64,000 nucleotides of DNA, taken from the NCBI GenBank assembly GCA_036785375.1, contig JAWMAR010000030.1, positions 5,952,001 through 6,016,000 of the forward strand, written 5' to 3'. The stretch comes from Leucoraja ocellata (Eukaryota). The stretch's first letter is position 1. Each line of letters starts with the position of its first letter. The notes under the pieces were generated by a model. It searched no databases, had not been told where the DNA came from, and saw only the letters and a program-made list of their open reading frames with translations. Shown in pieces: positions 26,031 through 38,410 of this stretch. A program made the position numbers and the translations under genes.

Positions 26031-26624
26031 TAATGGATGATGTTTCAGGTCAAGACCCTTCTTCATTCCCTGTCCCACTGAAATACCTTTTCAAAATCCA
26101 TAAACAGAACTGCCCTAGCAGACCCACTGTTTCTGACTACTCCTGTCATTTCATTTACAGAATTTCAGTTGAGTATTTTCATCCTTTTCAAGTTTTAATT
26201 CTGATTTCTAGCTTTCAGGTTTTTCGACCATACACTCTTCATCTTCTGCTAAGCTTTAAATAAAGCATGCCATCCCTGGCTTTCAGCTTGTAATCAGTGC
26301 TGTTACTGGGTTACAATTAGAGATGAGTTTGGAAACCTCTCCCAACTAGAGTACATTTTATACCTGTGCTTCTCAGTGTGGAAACAAGGAACTACTGATA
26401 CTGGTTTACAGAAAACGACACAAAGTGCTTGAGTAACTGAAACCTAGGCGTCTTAACATTGATTTATTTGGGACTGATTTATTAATAAATATAAATATTT
26501 TAACTATATACACATATATTTCTACAGCTGTGATAAACTTAGTTATAGCTCATAAAAGATTTTGAATAATAATGTGCAAAGTTTGTGTTCCATTTTATAA
26601 TCTGCGTCTGCACTTTTACAAGAT

Positions 26625-26762
26625 CTTGCGAAGGCGTGCACAGCCTAAAGTTGTGGGTCAACTTATTTTATTTTATCTATTTGTTTGTGCATGTCGGGTT
26701 GATTGCATTTGGGTTGATAGTCGAAACAGGGTGGACCACATGTAGGTTGTAATCTCCCACCC
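26625..26762 (-). mobile_element. ~140-bp retroposon with 14-bp TSD (RTE-like caagaag tail)
   Basis: Flanked by cacttttacaagat at 26611-26624 and 26763-26776. A second copy lies at about 53523-53658. Confidence 0.75.
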
Positions 26763-28959
26763 CACTTTTACAAGATGTTAATCTATTTAAATTTGTGTTA
26801 CAAACTGTAATTTTAGGATAATGTTTTTAAATTGCTCTGACTGCATTGGCACTGTCAAGTTGGGAGCTGAAGTTTATAATGCTGCTCTAGTTCTAACCCG
26901 TTTTGAATTAATTTGTACTTAGCCATAACTCAGAGTTGGAATATATAACTTCAACAACTGTATTAAAGCCATTCCTGACACTAAATCACGTGTTTGTTTT
27001 TTATTGGTATCACCTGACAACGCTATGATGACAAATTCAACTCTTTTAAGTACATCATTAGCAATTAAATGTGGATTCTATTCTGTTGACTCAGCTTCTC
27101 ACCCGATATGCTGGCTGAGTTTAGCTTCCATTTGGCACAGTCACAAACCACATTCTGTGTCTGGTTTGAAAGAGCTTCTGTCATGGTTCTGACTATTCTG
27201 TGATCAAAGCTGCAGGAAGTTTTTGGGTCTTGATGCAAGGTCAAATCACAATCAAACCACAGAGCGAAAAAAATTCCTTTGATCCATTTCAAAGTTCTTC
27301 TTACATAATATTCATTTGAGACATTCACTTCCAGAGGCAAAATAACAATTTGGCAGGTGTCCTTAAGCTTTAAATATAATTGTTTAAATAAAGTAGTACT
27401 TGACTCCTTGGTGGTATATAGCTCATCATTTAAAGGGCCCATTATTCAAGGAGGAGTTCAGACAGTGAATGCCATGACGTTACCCAGCTGTGGTCCGCTG
27501 ATTTAATCTGTTCTTGTCTGTATCACCCAAATATGTGGGAGATATGTGGAATCCATGACCACAGAGAATGGTTCTGGCAAATAACACAGTTGCATTCTTG
27601 GCAAAATGATTAAGAAGAAAAAATAGGTCTATAGAAAGGACGCAGTGAAGAGTGTCAGGTGGAGGCTTATGTATAGAGCATGAACTTTGGGTCAAATAGC
27701 CTGTTCTTCATCTATCAATTTCATGTAACTCCATGTAAATCATCCATAGCTATGTTCAGAATAAATTAGATGATTCACTTGTATAACCTCAAGTAAGAGA
27801 GGACAAAGCAAAGGGGCATCTTGTACAACATATAGCCTTAATTTTAAAAATAGGTTTGACTCTTTGAAATTCAGGACTGAAATGAAACTATTCAAGACTG
27901 GGGATGGAAATTTTTGGACGCTTTGGGAGTCTAAGACTGGGATTTTGGAGCATAGCGGATACGAGGTACAGAATCAGGAAATAACGAAGGAGAGGTATAG
28001 CCAGATGGTCTGTTTTTAATGTGTTTTCTTTATTGATGCTTTTCTGCATCGTCTGGTTTTATTTTAGTTTCCTATGTCTGCATTTTTATTTGTTAATCAA
28101 CTTATCCAGTAACCAACTATTACTTTGTCTTCATCACATTGCACATCTTCTTTATCCAGTGAATGAAGAATGAATTTTTAATCAATGAACTCACAGTAAT
28201 TATTTCTTGAACATTATTCACTGAGTGAGGATGTCTTCTTTATAAACGCTGGTCATCAAACACCGGAGAACTCAAATAAAATGATATTGAGCTAATGATA
28301 TTTTAATTCAATGTAACTCCAACTGCAGATCGTGGGTTTTTCATGGATGGGAAATTCACTCCATTCACTATCTCTGAAGTTGTATTATTCTACTGATGAA
28401 TCATTAGTACTTGATTTATATGTGAATTTTCATTAAGATCAATCTTTGCAATCAATTCAAGACACTATTGTGTTAAGTACATACTCGACCATTTTACTCG
28501 CTAATCAACTTTTTGTAACCTGCTAGACTCTTTGTCACATTAATATTGCAAGGTAAATGTTACTCGTCAATTAACATCAGGCAAATTAAACATTCAATCT
28601 ATTCCTACTCTGGCAATAAAGATAAAGAAATCCAAACTCGGGTCTAAGACAATTCTTCAAGTCGCACGTGGAATGTTTCACCTTGGTTACCTTGTTTTGA
28701 ATAAAATTTGCAAACTGGTTTCGGGTATTTTTGAACTAGCCTCCACCACAATGTCTACGTTTTTTTGCCCTTGTAATGTTAACTGCCCATTCCTCTCGGT
28801 TCTGCTGAAATCTCCACCTTTTTCTCGATTCTCTGGAATAAACCTTTCTAGTATTTTATTGGCTGACCCCGTTATCCACTTCCATAGATTTAAACTCATC
28901 TAAAAGTCTGTCTCGCATTATCCTCTTTGCTCCATGCCCACCATATCTACTGAAATACA

Positions 28960-29325
28960 TTGGCTACTAGTAAGACTAAGTTTGTTTTAAACATATCCCT
29001 CCTCTCCTGTGCCCTTTCCACCTGGATTCTCTTCCCTCTGGCTTTACTTTTCACTCTTCTTATCGGACCGCTTTTTTCTCCTTGCCTTCTGCCGTTATCT
29101 GTATCTACACCCATCTGCCAATCACTCACCCCTCGCCTGTATTAATCTATCCTTTGCCCCACCCCAACATCTCTTTTCCATATTTTTCCCCCCTACTCCA
29201 TCAATCTGAAGAAGGGACCTGAAATGTCATCTGTCAATTTCCTTTCTCAGATGCTGCCTAACCTGAATTCCACCAGCACACTGTTTTTGCTCAATATTCT
29301 AGCATCTGCAGTCTCTTGGTGTCTC
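28960..29325 (+). mobile_element. Decayed Penelope 3' region and terminal repeat
   Basis: Pyrimidine-rich segment followed by ctgaagaagggacctgaaatgtca...agatgctgcct...gcatctgcagt. Confidence 0.6.
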
Positions 29326-32300
29326 CTAATGATGTCTTTCTTCCTTGATTTTATATCCTTCGAGGGGCTATGTTTAAGATTTCCACAACTTTATCAGGTT
29401 AACCTGCTGGCCCTCTAAATGGTGTCCAGTCCATTCTTTGTTAATCCACCATTAGTGGCTTTGCTTTCAAGGTCAAGGTCAGATTATTGTCACATGTATC
29501 AATTAAGGTACAGTGATATTTGGGTTGCCCTACTAAGTGAAAAGCAACAAGACACACAATCACATAAAAGTTAACATAAACATCCACCACAATGAATTCC
29601 ACATTCCTCACTGTGATGGAAGGCAATACATGTTCAATCTACTTCCTCTTTGTTCTTCTGCGGTCGGGAAGATCAAAGCCCCTGGAGCCGACAATCGAAG
29701 CTCCCGGTGTGATCGAAACTCCTGCATCGGGGCTGTTCAAACTCTCTCCGCGGCATGGAGCTCCCAAGTCGGCCTCTTACTAGAGACCACAGGCTTAACG
29801 ATGTTAAAGCCTACAATTCCTGTCCTCAGACTAGTTTACCTCTCCACTGCTCTGAAACTTTTAACAGCTTTTTTAACACTCCTCCTCTTTAACCAAGTAT
29901 TTAATCAACTCTAAATATCTTCTCTGGCTGGGTGTTTTTTCAGCGAATATATTTCTCTGAATAGCATCTAGGGTGTAGGAGAAATTAGATTCACCATATA
30001 ATGTGATAATTTGAGACACAAATGCTGCCAAGCTTGGCTTCTTGAGACATGGGGGAATGCTCCACAAGAGACTGCAGTTTTGCGGGAGGTATTCTTTTGC
30101 CTGGGATATAGACCGAGGAGAGGCTGTGAATACAGCTTGATTTAGTGCAAGTGTTATAGGCAGGAGGCTGAAAGCAATTGTATGTCAGTGATCACTATTT
30201 CCAATCACAGCAGGATTTTGCGTCATCTTAGGCATTTTTTCAAGGTCATGGGTGACTTGTTTCACAATGGATTCTAAGGTAACTGATGAGATCAATGTGG
30301 GATCAGCAGTCTTTACCCCAGATGGGGCAACTAGTGCCTGATAATATAGAATCACTTCCTATGCTACCTTTCAGTAAAGGAGACATGATGAAATTCACCA
30401 CTGCCTTCATTGAAAAGTGGCTCTCAAGGAAAGGGAAATGTACCTCATTTTCAGGGTCTCACCATGAACCTTTTTTTTTACAGAGGGCATGATGTCAAAG
30501 TGTGGCAGATTAGTAGAGTACCATTGCTTTGCAGATATTGTGTACAAAGCCCATTCTGTTCTTTACTTCAGTGGATTAATCAATAATGATTTGGTGCTAG
30601 ACCAAGTACTAATGCACAATATCGCAGCCCTTTAGCTCATCTACAAATGCTGAGCGACCTTGTGATGGTTGTGGACGCTAATACATTGGCTATTTTTAGA
30701 GCAGAGATTGATAGGTTCTTGATTCGTAAGAGTGTCAAAGATTATGAGGAGAATGGTGTTGAGAAGGAAAAATAGATCAGCCATGATCAAATGGCAGAGT
30801 AGACTCGATGGGCCGAATGGCTTAATTCTACTCATACAACATGTCATATGTTCAGACTGTCAAAGAAGAATGAAAATAATGATGGAAGATCGGTGCCAGT
30901 GTTTCATAGAGCATAAATGTTGTTTGCATACAGATGCTTCAGCCTTTATTATTTGGTGAAAATACTAGGAATGAACACAGACTCCCTGCTTAACTTTGGA
31001 AGCCTTTAGCAGCTGGATTTTTTTGTCTGCATGTTTGTCCTCTTTTTTTTTAAAGTCTCTAATAAATCAGTAACAGAGTGAATTCCAAATAATATTGGGA
31101 GAGTAATAGTAATTTTTGGAACACAGTTAATTAATATATGCTATTTGGTTACGAGAGGAAATTTTCATTATTGTGACGTGCTGCCTTATCCCACTGAATA
31201 ATCCGATGAAATAATATGTAGCAGTGTCAGGCCCAATACAATTCAGTTCCAAACTTTCCAAAAGACCAGATTTTGCAGGTCGTGTTAGCAGCTAATTAGT
31301 TATGTCTTTTTTTAAGTGTAAGTTTCCTAAACATTGTCAATTTATTATTTGCAACCCAACAGGTTTTGTAATGTGAATAATGCCCATTAGCCATCAATAG
31401 CTCCCCCTGCTGTTCCAATCGAAATAGCAACGACACGAGAAAACACTGGACCAAACATTCCAAACATCAGCCGACAAATGCTTCAAAAGGTTGTACTTAC
31501 CAGTTTAAGTGAAAATTCCATCTTTTCCATCTATTCAGTGCATGAGTGCCAGCGATAAGGCCAGAAAGCGCTGGAGACACTCAATAGGTTAGACAGCATT
31601 TTTAGAAATAGAAGTTTGGGGTCAGTTTTAATGAAAAGGCCAAATGAACTGCTCAGTGTACAAGTCTGAGGTTAAATCAACCATCATGAAATAGAAAAAT
31701 CGACAATGTTTTCAGCCTTAACAGAAGTTTTGACTTGGCCATAAAAAGGAGTTGTTAATGGTCTGTGAAGCCCTCTGAAAATGGGAAGGGAATATCAAGC
31801 CAGAGGCTGATCATAAAATTAATCTGAAGGATTTGGTTGTTTAAAATTGATTGATCATGGAATTCTGAATTGGGAATTGTTCAGAAGATCTGCCTGTGGC
31901 AATTAAACTGTGAGACAGATTAGGGCTGGAAACAAACCTAGCGGAACAATGAAGAGATGAGAGAGAACGTGATTTCCCTGAAAACATATCTGGTTAAACC
32001 CAAGGCCTTATTGGAATAACCCTGACCTGAACTACGGGCCTCGTGGTGGGTTACGTGCCGACATTTTGTAAGGGAGCTTAGAAGAGACGTAGTGAGCACA
32101 CTGTGCTCTGAATAACACTGTGTTCACTTTTTTTTTGCTTGGAATCATTGGTTAGTAAAAATCTTTTTGCACTTTTTCGTTCTTTTCTAGTAAATGTTAC
32201 GTCTTGTTTACTATATAAATGTTTAAATTCCGTTAAACTTTCATTGCTTGTTGCTATGTTGTTGTAAAGTGTATGCACTGTAGCGAAGGGAATCGAAAGT

Positions 32301-32654
32301 GATCTGGTCCCAGATAATGCCATCTCTCATCGAAAGTATGCTCCTGTCTTCACAGATGCTTTTGGTTCCGGGCAAAATTTGAGTAAATTAACATCGAATT
32401 TGATGAAAGGTTACTATATTCTTCTTCATTTATGTATATTAAAAGAAAATGTAAATTTATAAATAATGCTTTTTTCTCGTTTATTTTTCAAATTTTGAAA
32501 GTATTAGTTTGGTCAAATTCTGGTAGATTTTGATCACAAATTAGCTCAAAAGGATCATATGTCGGCCCATTTTTAAGGCTGTGGTATTTTGTTATAATTT
32601 AATATCTTTCAAATTTGGCCACCCGTGTCACAGTTTGGCAACACAGGGTTATCT

Positions 32655-33150
32655 ACGAGGAAGTGGTGGACCGGCCTGGCTTCACAAGCATCGAAGCAAT
32701 GATCATAAAGGCCTAGCTTCGATGGGACAGGCCATATGATCCGGATGGATGAATCTCACATGTCTTGTCAACTCCTGTACAGAGTTCTGTCACGGGGTCA
32801 AAGGAACCCAGGACGCCCAATAAAACGGTTCAAAGACTGCATCAAGGACCACCTCCAGCATGCAGGCAAAGCCCCCAAAATAACTGAAATCCTGTGCCAG
32901 TGACAGGACTGGCTGGCGTACAACCACTAGGAAGGTCAGCAGTTTTGTTGACAATCGTCAAAGCTGACTCGTTCGTGCCAGTGGCAGGAGGAAGGCTGCA
33001 GGCCTAAATCCTCCAACAGCACCCTTCCTGTGCCCCCACTGCTCAAACGTATGTGGCTCGCACAGCGGTCTCGTGAGCCACACTCAATCCCACAAGACAT
33101 GAGACCGCACAACCATGCTATCGTCATCTATAACAAGCCACCACCATCCA
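32655..33150 (+). mobile_element. RTE (BovB-like) LINE 3' fragment
   Basis: Translation SIEAMIIKA*LRW/GHMIRMDESH...QLLY...GQRNPGRPIKRFKDCIK is the typical RTE ORF C-terminus, here with a stop and a frameshift. Confidence 0.85.
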
Positions 33151-34159
33151 TAATAGGGATATGTAACAAATGGGTCTTTAGTGATCTGGTGTAATGCAAG
33201 AGGTGTATGATAGGCAGGCTTATAACAGACTGATCAGTAAAGTGTGGGTGGGATGGCTGGTATTAAGCTGGTATATTATGGATGTGTATAAGGGCTGGAG
33301 TGTTTACTATGCAGTCAATTCCATTGCTTATTTTTTAAAGATTCCCTCAGCCAAAATTACAGCTTTTCTGGTTAAAATTCCTTCTATATATTTTTTAACA
33401 GTGCCTTGAAACCTAAACTCGTAGCTATTTTCATTGGAATGTGGGAATGACTTGAAGGTCAGGCAGTATCCATTTTAGCTCTTGTTTGTTAATGTTTGAA
33501 TTGTGCAAGTCCAACATTTCTGTGTTGCAACAGTGTTACCTTGGCAACTGATTCCTTCAACACAATACATTTCTTTTATTGTTGGAGAATCATTTTTTAA
33601 GAACAAATGACTGACTCTTGAGGTTAACTAAATAGAATGTGCAAATATCAAATTGAACCATGAATTAACTGGTTTAAGCACCTACATGTATCACATGGAC
33701 CTTTATGTCAGTATTTGAAGTTAGGTCCCCCGTTTATGGACCACTGATCTATGTGGGATTTATCAGCACCAGCTCTCTTCAACATCTCTGCATCCTATGG
33801 GATATTCTAATGTCTGTTGCATTTCCTTGGCTCTCATCCCTTGGTCTCATTTTAATTTCACTTACCAACAGAGTTGAGGTTAATTGAGTTCTGCACAATG
33901 GAAATGGTCCTTCCCATGACATGCTCAGTAGAACCAATTTACAGCGAGTGAATGTTTTGAGAAATTAACCATTTAATTTAACTGTGCAGTTACAACACAC
34001 TGCCTATTCACATTAACTATTTATCATATTTTTTCTGGCTCTCGTTTTGAAGCTTATTCATTGATGACCATTTTTCTGTCCACAGCTATTAACTTTTGGT
34101 AGTGATTTGAGTGTATAAAATGTATGCTGTATAAAATTAATGCACATTTTGCGTAGACA

Positions 34160-34830
34160 GTCAGAACCTTTTTTTCTCAGGGTGGAAATATCAAATGCTA
34201 GCTTAATGGTGAGAGAGGCAAAGTTTAAAGGAGGCGTGCTCTGCAAGTTTTTTTTTACACGGGGACAGTGGTGAGTGCCTGGAATGCGCTGCGGGGAATG
34301 GTAGTTAAAGCAGATATGATACTGGTGGTTAAGAGACTTGGATGGACACGTGAATACACAGGGAATGGAGGGATATGGATCACATGCAGATAGATTAGAT
34401 GTGGTTTGCATCATTTTCAGCACAGACTGTGACACAGACAAAGGGTCACTTTCGTGTTATATTTTGTATTCTTTCATAGTTGCAGAGAACTTGTTGCGGG
34501 TGATAGTGCAAAACCATACTGGAACAGTCTGAGGCTGAGACTTTAGCGTGACATGGAAAGGTGATGCTTTGGGTCAGGACTATAGACTATAGACAGACAA
34601 TAAACAATAGGTGCAGGAGTAGGCCATTCCGCCCTTTGAGCCAGCACTGCCATTCAATGTGATCGTGGCTGATCATCCACAATCAGTACCCTGTTTCTGC
34701 CTTCGCCCAATTTAGCTTTCTCTTGAAAGTATCCAGAGATCTGGCCTCCACCGCCCTCTGGCAGAGAATTCCACAGACTCACAACTGTGTGAAAAAGTGT
34801 TTCCTTGTCTCCATTCTAAATGGCTTACCC
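34160..34830. mobile_element. CR1 3'-end fragments (+ at about 34160-34470, - at about 34605-34830)
   Basis: Matches the CR1 3' UTR motifs (aataggtgcaggagtaggccattc; gtggtgagtgcctggaatgcgctgc). Confidence 0.7.
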
Positions 34831-34834
34831 ATTA

Positions 34835-35135
34835 GTGGGGAGGGATGCAAGTTAGAAGAGATACAGGTGAGGAGGTTGTGATAGGCAGATGGTTGGAGAA
34901 AGGTCAGGGATGAAAAAGCAAAAGGTGCGAGATAAGGATTGAAGAGTTGTAAATTGTGAAGCCACAGGATCGACTGCAGGTGGAATGAGACGGAGAGGGG
35001 AGAAATGTGTGTGAATCTAGGTGGGACACAGGGAAGTGAGGGGAAGGGGGAGAAAAGGGGTGGGGGGGGGGGGGGGGCTGTTGGGTAGGTACCAACAATT
35101 TGAGAATTCAATGTTCATACTGTTGGGTTGTAAGT
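34835..35135 (-). mobile_element. Decayed Penelope 3' fragment
   Basis: ttgagaattcaatgttcatac matches the antisense GIY-YIG end (compare 14108-14125), with an adjacent purine-rich 3' region. Confidence 0.55.
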
Positions 35136-35327
35136 TTTCCAACTATGCAAATAGAATAGCGACACCTGGCATGCCAGTGATTTTTCTTCTAGAAGGTAGG
35201 ATCTAGTATTGCTCTAGCCATAAACTGGGAAAATTGCTTCCAATGTAAAGTATCACAACCTTTAACTGTTCTTCAAACAGCCTGAGTGAATTTGTACAGA
35301 AAAATAATAGACTGATTTTGTTAACAT

Positions 35328-35413
35328 TTTATTTCATTTAGAAAATATTTGCCCAACAGTAAATAGAGGCATCTGTAAGGCATAAATGTATATCCACCAT
35401 ATTTGATTTTATT
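35328..35413 (-). terminator. MYOZ1: Candidate MYOZ1 polyadenylation signals (AATAAA at 35413-35408 and 35333-35328)
   Basis: tttatt on the + strand about 250 and 330 nt past the stop codon. Confidence 0.5.
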
Positions 35414-35659
35414 TAAATAATGTGGATCCCATGTGTCACAGGAACCCAAATAGTTGTTCTAGATCAGTGTACAGTATAGTTACAAAATGTGTTGATAATG
35501 TATGGGGGGGCGAAGCAACCAGCTTTTAAAGAATACACATTTTATGCGGTGATGATTATAGCCAAGTGTCACTTCTAATCCAATATTTTCCAAGTGCTCC
35601 TGAGCACTCACCAACTGAGTGCTTGAAACAGATGGCTTCAAGGCACTTTTCCAAGGCCT

Positions 35660-35891
35660 CTACAAGTCATCAGTTTCAGCGTTAAACTCGAGATCTATTC
35701 CAAGGTTAACCAAATTCTCTGTGCTTGTTGGAGTCCAGCCCAGAGGGGTCCTGTTAAAATTAGGTCGAGTGCTGATATCTTGGTGGAACACAACCATGGG
35801 CTCGAGTTCTGGAAGAGCTGCCTCAAATTCTGGGAGCTGAAACGTCATCAGTTTCGCTGCCTTATCAAACCCTCCATAGGGCATTGCAGTT
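35660..35891 (-). CDS. MYOZ1: Myozenin-1, last coding exon (TAMPYGGFDKAAKLMTFQLPEF...RPNFNRTPLGW...ETDDL*)
   Basis: Calsarcin C-terminal motifs (TAMPYGGF, RP.FNRTP.GW, terminal E[ST][DE][DE]L). Acceptor cccttgcag| in phase 2 matches the previous exon. TAG at 35662-35660. Confidence 0.96.
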
Positions 35892-37409
35892 CTGCAAGGG
35901 ATTTTAAACATGTTTGAGTTTAATTATTACATCGGACAATATTTTAAATTGACTCCTGATCTTTCTTTTATCCTTTAGGAATAATAACATTCTGTCCTCA
36001 TTTGAAATGTAAACAAGTCAGCAACAATAACAGGCAAGAAAAATAATGAACAGAAATATTAACAGGATGAATGTGAAAGGATGCTCATTTGGAGCATAAA
36101 GTTCTTATACGGATACAATGGAGCAAATAGGAAGCACCTGTATTGCAGCTTCAAGGTAAATAGGTGCAAAGTGATTTAAAAGTACATAATTTACAAAAGT
36201 AACAAATATATTAAAAAATCAGATGCCCCACGATTCTAATATCTCCATTCATTGAAAGTGGCCATTGCTAACACAATGTCAGCACTTATTGTCCTTCACT
36301 AATTGCCCTTAAGTCAAGATGGTGAATCACCTTGATGTGCTGTATCATGAAAGTACTTCCACAGTACCATTTAATATGGAATTGAAACATTTAAACCTCA
36401 GTAGCAATGAAAAACATACAAAATATTTCCGTGAGAACAGTTTATCATTTGGAAGGGAACGTATCGATATTGTACATAGCTATGTAAATGCGTTCCTTGT
36501 CATTATTGGTGATGAGGTATTAGATTTATAAGATGCTGTTCAAAGTAACCAAATTGAGTAATTACATTGCATTTTGAAAATGGTGGCAGCGGTGGAAGGA
36601 GGGAATGATTATATAATAATATGTCAATCCAACACCCTGTTTTGTCTGAGATAATATTGAGCTCCTCAGGTGTTGATTAAGCAAACCTCATCTGTAAATA
36701 TTCCACAATGTTCCTGACTTGTGTTTTGCAGATGGCGGAAAGGTTTTGGGAGTCAGGATGTGATTCATTCACTACAGGACATTTAACCTTAGATCTGTTT
36801 TTCATTTATGTGAGTGGTCTCGCTGAATTTCTAGTAAATGGTGATTCCCTAGGCTGTTGATCCTGAAGAACTGTGATAGCAATGTCACTGGATTTCAAAG
36901 TTGCGGTTAGATTGTCCCACGTTGGAGATGGTCATTCCTAATGAAGCATCTGAAAATAATTGTGTCGAGGGTACAATCTTATTGGAATCATGAGACTGTG
37001 ATGATTATCTTACAGCAACTAAAGCCATCTTCCTGGAGATGTATGGCTCCAAATGATGGAGCATTTTCCTTTGATTAATGTTTCCCATGGCTAAATGTTA
37101 GTGGTTTACACCATTTACAGAGGCAGGATTGCAGAGAGTTGAGTTTGGCTGTTATTTACAAGACAACTGAACCATATTTTTGGCATTCATGTAGTTAATA
37201 TTGCAACTTTGCCATGTTGGCAATTCGCTATGGTATGCCTAGTGCTATATCTGCCATACCCTTCCACTCTCTTTACTGAACCCAGACTGATCTCCTGGCT
37301 TGACTTTAATGACAAAAAGACACTAAGTGCTGGAGTAATTCAGTAGGTCAGGCAGCATCTCTGGAGAATGTGGATAGGTGACGTTTCAGGACAAAACTCT
37401 TCTTCAACC

Positions 37410-37745
37410 AAAAGACATTGGAACAGAATTAAGCCATTCGGCCCATCGAGTCTACTCTGCTATTCAGTCATAGTTCATTTATTTTTCCCTCTCAACATTC
37501 TCCTGCCTTTTCCAATAACCTTTGATACCCTTACTAATCAAGAACCTATCAATCTCTGCTTTAAATCTCTAGGCGTCCACAGCCATTTCTGATAATGAAT
37601 TCCACAAATCACCAGCCTTCGGCTAAATAAATGCCTTTCATCTCCATTCTAAAGGTATGTCTTTTTATTCTGAGTCTGTGCCCTCTGGTTCTAGACTCTC
37701 CCATTACTGGAAACATTCTTTCTACATCCACTCAATCTGCGCCTT
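37410..37745 (-). mobile_element. CR1 LINE 3' fragment
   Basis: aagccattcggcccatcgagtctactctgc...ccttactaatcaagaacctatc...ctagactctcccattactggaaacat is antisense of the CR1 end. Confidence 0.75.
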
Positions 37746-37809
37746 TAGACTGATTGTCGTAGGGGGAAGAAAGCTGGAAGAGAGATGGGGGCAGGACACG
37801 GCCTGGCAA

Positions 37810-38011
37810 GTGATAGATGGAAGGTAGACACAAAATGCTGGAGTAAGTATTCCATCTCTGGAGAGAAGGAATAGGTGACATTTCAGATCGAGACCCTTCT
37901 TCAGACTTCTCTCCAGAGATGCTGCCTGTCCTGCCTGAGTTACTCCAGCATTTTGTGTCTACCTTTGATTTAAACCAGTATCTGCAGTTCTTTCCTACAC
38001 GTGATAGATGG
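37810..38011. mobile_element. Fold-back Penelope terminal-repeat mini-insertion with 11-bp TSD, nested in an older Penelope remnant
   Basis: gtgatagatgg at 37810-37820 and 38001-38011 flanks the inverted arms. Confidence 0.85.
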
Positions 38012-38164
38012 CTATAGGTGAGGGCAGTTTCGATTGACAGTTGGTTGGATAAAGGCCAGCGATGAAAACATCAAAAGTATGAAATAAGGATAGAAACAAA
38101 TGAGAACTTCTTCAAAGTAGGCACACATTGAGGAGAGTTTGCATTAGAGCAATAAAATGTAGAC

Positions 38165-38410
38165 ATAAGGAACTTCAGATGCCGGTTTACGAAAAAAGAC
38201 ACAAAGTATTGGAATAACTCAGCGGGTCAGGCAGCATCTCTGGAGAACATTGATAGGTGGTGTTTTGGGTTGGGGCCTTTCTTCAGACACAGAAATTAGA
38301 GGCAGGAATAAATAATGCTGTCTGAAGAAGGATCCCAACCCAAAATGTCACCTATCCATGTTCTCTAGAGATATTGCCTGTCCCGTTGAATCAGCACATT
38401 GTGTCTTTTT
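38165..38410. mobile_element. Fold-back Penelope terminal-repeat insertion
   Basis: Left arm ...ttcttcagac, ~30-nt spacer, right arm gtctgaagaaggatcccaacccaaaatgtcacctatcc... Confidence 0.75.

Noticed and set aside
35600-35625. Iron-responsive element in the MYOZ1 3' UTR
   Set aside because: The loop region reads CAGUUG, not CAGUGN, and the stem geometry with a bulged C does not fit an IRE.
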